From the human T2T-CHM13v2.0 reference genome, Homo sapiens, in assembly GCF_009914755.1 (NCBI RefSeq), contig NC_060928.1: a DNA stretch of 64,000 bases; one strand, given 5' to 3'. Below are positions 61,800 through 64,000 of this stretch, piece after piece (the stretch's first letter is position 1; each line of letters starts with the position of its first letter). Position numbers and translations under genes: made by a program. A model generated the notes under the pieces. It was not told the DNA's origin, ran no database searches, and worked only from the letters and a program-made list of their open reading frames with translations.

Positions 61800-62370
61800 G
61801 AGTCTGGAGGAGGGACATGTAAATATAATCACAATCAGTGGACTAAATACTGTGTTGTGGGAGTACAGAGCAGAAAGAGGTGGGAGAGCTGGAGTTGAAA
61901 AGATGCTATTGGAACTGGCTCTTGAAAGATATCCAGGAGTAAGGCGATGGAGGATGGAGGGAGGAGGAGCGAAGCAGGCCCGGGGGGAAGGGATGCACAT
62001 GCCCAGTTGTGAGAAAATACCACTCTGTCAGAGAAAGGAGTTCAGGGTGGTAAGAACATGTGGGGAGTGGAGATAGAAAATAGCAGGAAAGAGATTTTAA
62101 AAGGCTGGTTAACCACACTCAGGCGTTTGAGCTGGATTCTGTCATCAATGTAACAAGGAGTGCGGAGATGAAGTGTGCTCTGTTTTGTGGAACTCTGAGA
62201 ACACGGGGTGTTCGGGATTCTTAGGAAGTATTTGCCTTGGTCCAAAAGAGAGATGGTAAAGCTTTGAATTAAGGTTGTGCTAGTGGAGGCACAGGGAGAG
62301 TTCTAGATTCAGGAGACATTTCTCAAGTAAAAAACAACAAGACTGGTTAACTGATTGGACATGGGGGCCA
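61800..62370 (-). mobile_element. L2 fragment
   Basis: Purine-rich antisense L2 pattern (ggcgtttgagctggattctg..., gagagatggtaaagctttgaattaagg, actggttaactgattggacatgggg). Confidence 0.6.
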
Positions 62371-63614
62371 CTGACAGGTGTCAACATGTTTTAACAAGTC
62401 CTACTTATTTCAAGGTTCACAATTTAGTGTATTTGCAGACAAGCTTTGGCCTAAGCTGGTTCAACGTAGATGAACACAGCAGTTCCACAGCCAAGTGAAT
62501 CAAATAGAGTTTAAATCTGGTTTTAGTGTTATATTTCAAATCCACAGTGTTGGCAGCGTCGGCTGGCCTAATTGGAAATAGCTGAGGAGAGAGAAAACAT
62601 TCTCTATCACCACCATTGAGCAGAAGCAGCACAGAGGTAGTCATAACTGCCTCCCCTCAGAAGCCACAATTCTTCCGTGTTAACTTCTGAATAGAGGAAA
62701 CCTTTATCACATTTTCTTTCCTCTACTTTTTCAACTGTAAACTGAATATGGAATTACTCTATTTTAAACTCCACAAGTTTCCTACTCTTTTAAAGATAAA
62801 GAAGATAGTCTGCTGTACAAGCCGTCCTCTAGGAGCACAGCACAACCTCAATGGTCACCGCACGTCTGATGTGGATCTTCTTTCTGATGTGCTCAGGCAC
62901 AAGCAAACATCGATGTTCACAATCTCACAGGGAGGAAGCGGAATATCCCGTTTTTCTCTTGTACAACTAGGATAGAAGCTTCAATTCTACTGCCTACTCC
63001 CTAAATTGCATGATGAACTTGACTCATAGTGCCAATGACACACATACTCAATCCCCACACTTACAAGGAAACTGAATTTGGTACCACAGTTTCTTAACAG
63101 GTCTCTAAAACTGCAGAAAACCACATTGCAAATAGTATTAACAATTGAAAATCTAGTGTTTTACTTGAAAAATAGGGATCCTAGGTATTTAGGTGAGGAT
63201 ACATCCACCCTACTTCTGAAAAAAAGTGTTTTATGTAGTACAGGTTTACCTCCAACTAGAATGTGAACATGTGTTCTTTCGAGTATTTACTTTCACCTTA
63301 AACTCATACATAGTTTTCTGTTTTACTGGCACACATTTTTTAGAGACATTTCTTCTTCAAACCACTAAGTTGTTTTATAGACTTTCAACTTTGCAAATAA
63401 CGAACTACAAATGTGAAAATTTTAAAGTTAAAATAACTTTTTCTGAAAAAACTGATGTAAAATCATAGGAGTTCCCGTATGTAAGTATAGATAAATTGTG
63501 TGTGTGGATACTTGTGTTTAATATCTTTTTAAATGCTTCAGTAAAAAAGTTAAAAAAAAGTGAAAGTAGAATTTGAGAGTTACTTTAAAATGCAGTACAT
63601 GAAATAACATATCT

Positions 63615-63755
63615 TGGCGGTTAAGAGCTCAAGTTTTGGAGTCAAACCGATGCAGATTGAAATCCTGGCTACAATCACCTGTGTGATCTTTAAATGGTTA
63701 ATTAATCTCCTTGTTCCGCAATTTCTTAATCTTAAAATGGGGAAAATAATGCCCA
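63615..63755 (+). mobile_element. MIR
   Basis: ggttaagagctcaagttttggagtcaaac...aaatcctggct...aaaatgggg. Confidence 0.75.
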
Positions 63756-63928
63756 CTGTTTGGCTAAAATAAAATATTATACATGAAGCAATTTATAAAA
63801 TGCCTGCCCTACCAATAATATAATAGTAATTATCAAGTACACACTTAATATTTTAATTATCATAAACATAAAATAAAATTTATTTTTCAGATACTTGACT
63901 TGAGGATAAAGAAATACAATCAACTTCC

Positions 63929-64000
63929 TGGCTAGGCACGGTGGCTCATGCAGCACTTTAGGAGGCTGAGGCAGGCAGATCACAAGGTCAGGAGTTCGAG
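63929..64000 (+). mobile_element. Alu 5' end (cut by the window edge)
   Basis: ggctaggcacggtggctcatg...ggtcaggagttcgag, lacking the ctgtaatcc segment. Confidence 0.9.

Overview
AT-rich primate (almost certainly human) genomic DNA lying entirely inside one large minus-strand gene, which I recognise from its peptides as COL25A1 (collagen XXV alpha 1 / CLAC-P, a type II transmembrane collagen). Eight phase-0 coding exons were read by eye with their splice sites. In transcript order: GPPGPKGDK (56566-56540), GEQGDQGPR (56400-56374), GLPGFPTVAALHSNQILTVK (24244-24185), MVFPKINHGFLSADQQLIKRRLIK (23413-23342), a 108-nt Gly-X-Y exon (22622-22515), GEPGKPGEQGLM (19819-19784, GC donor), GPLGPPGQK (2562-2536) and GSIGAPGIPGMNGQK (174-130). 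The gene start and end lie outside the window. The rest is intron containing about 21 Alu-family elements, L1, L2, MIR, MaLR and DNA-transposon fossils and microsatellites. Nearly all supplied ORFs are spurious. I found no new multi-gene system. The most interesting signals concern splicing: two alternative non-collagenous (NC2) exons, a hidden in-frame NAGNAG acceptor that would yield a (Q)LIKRRLIK micro-exon, a GC-AG intron, recursive-splice-like AG|GTAAG sites and inverted Alus around the NC2 cluster. There are also several long hairpins, local duplications and a candidate E-box/octamer enhancer. Repeat subfamily names and boundaries are by-eye estimates, not RepeatMasker output.
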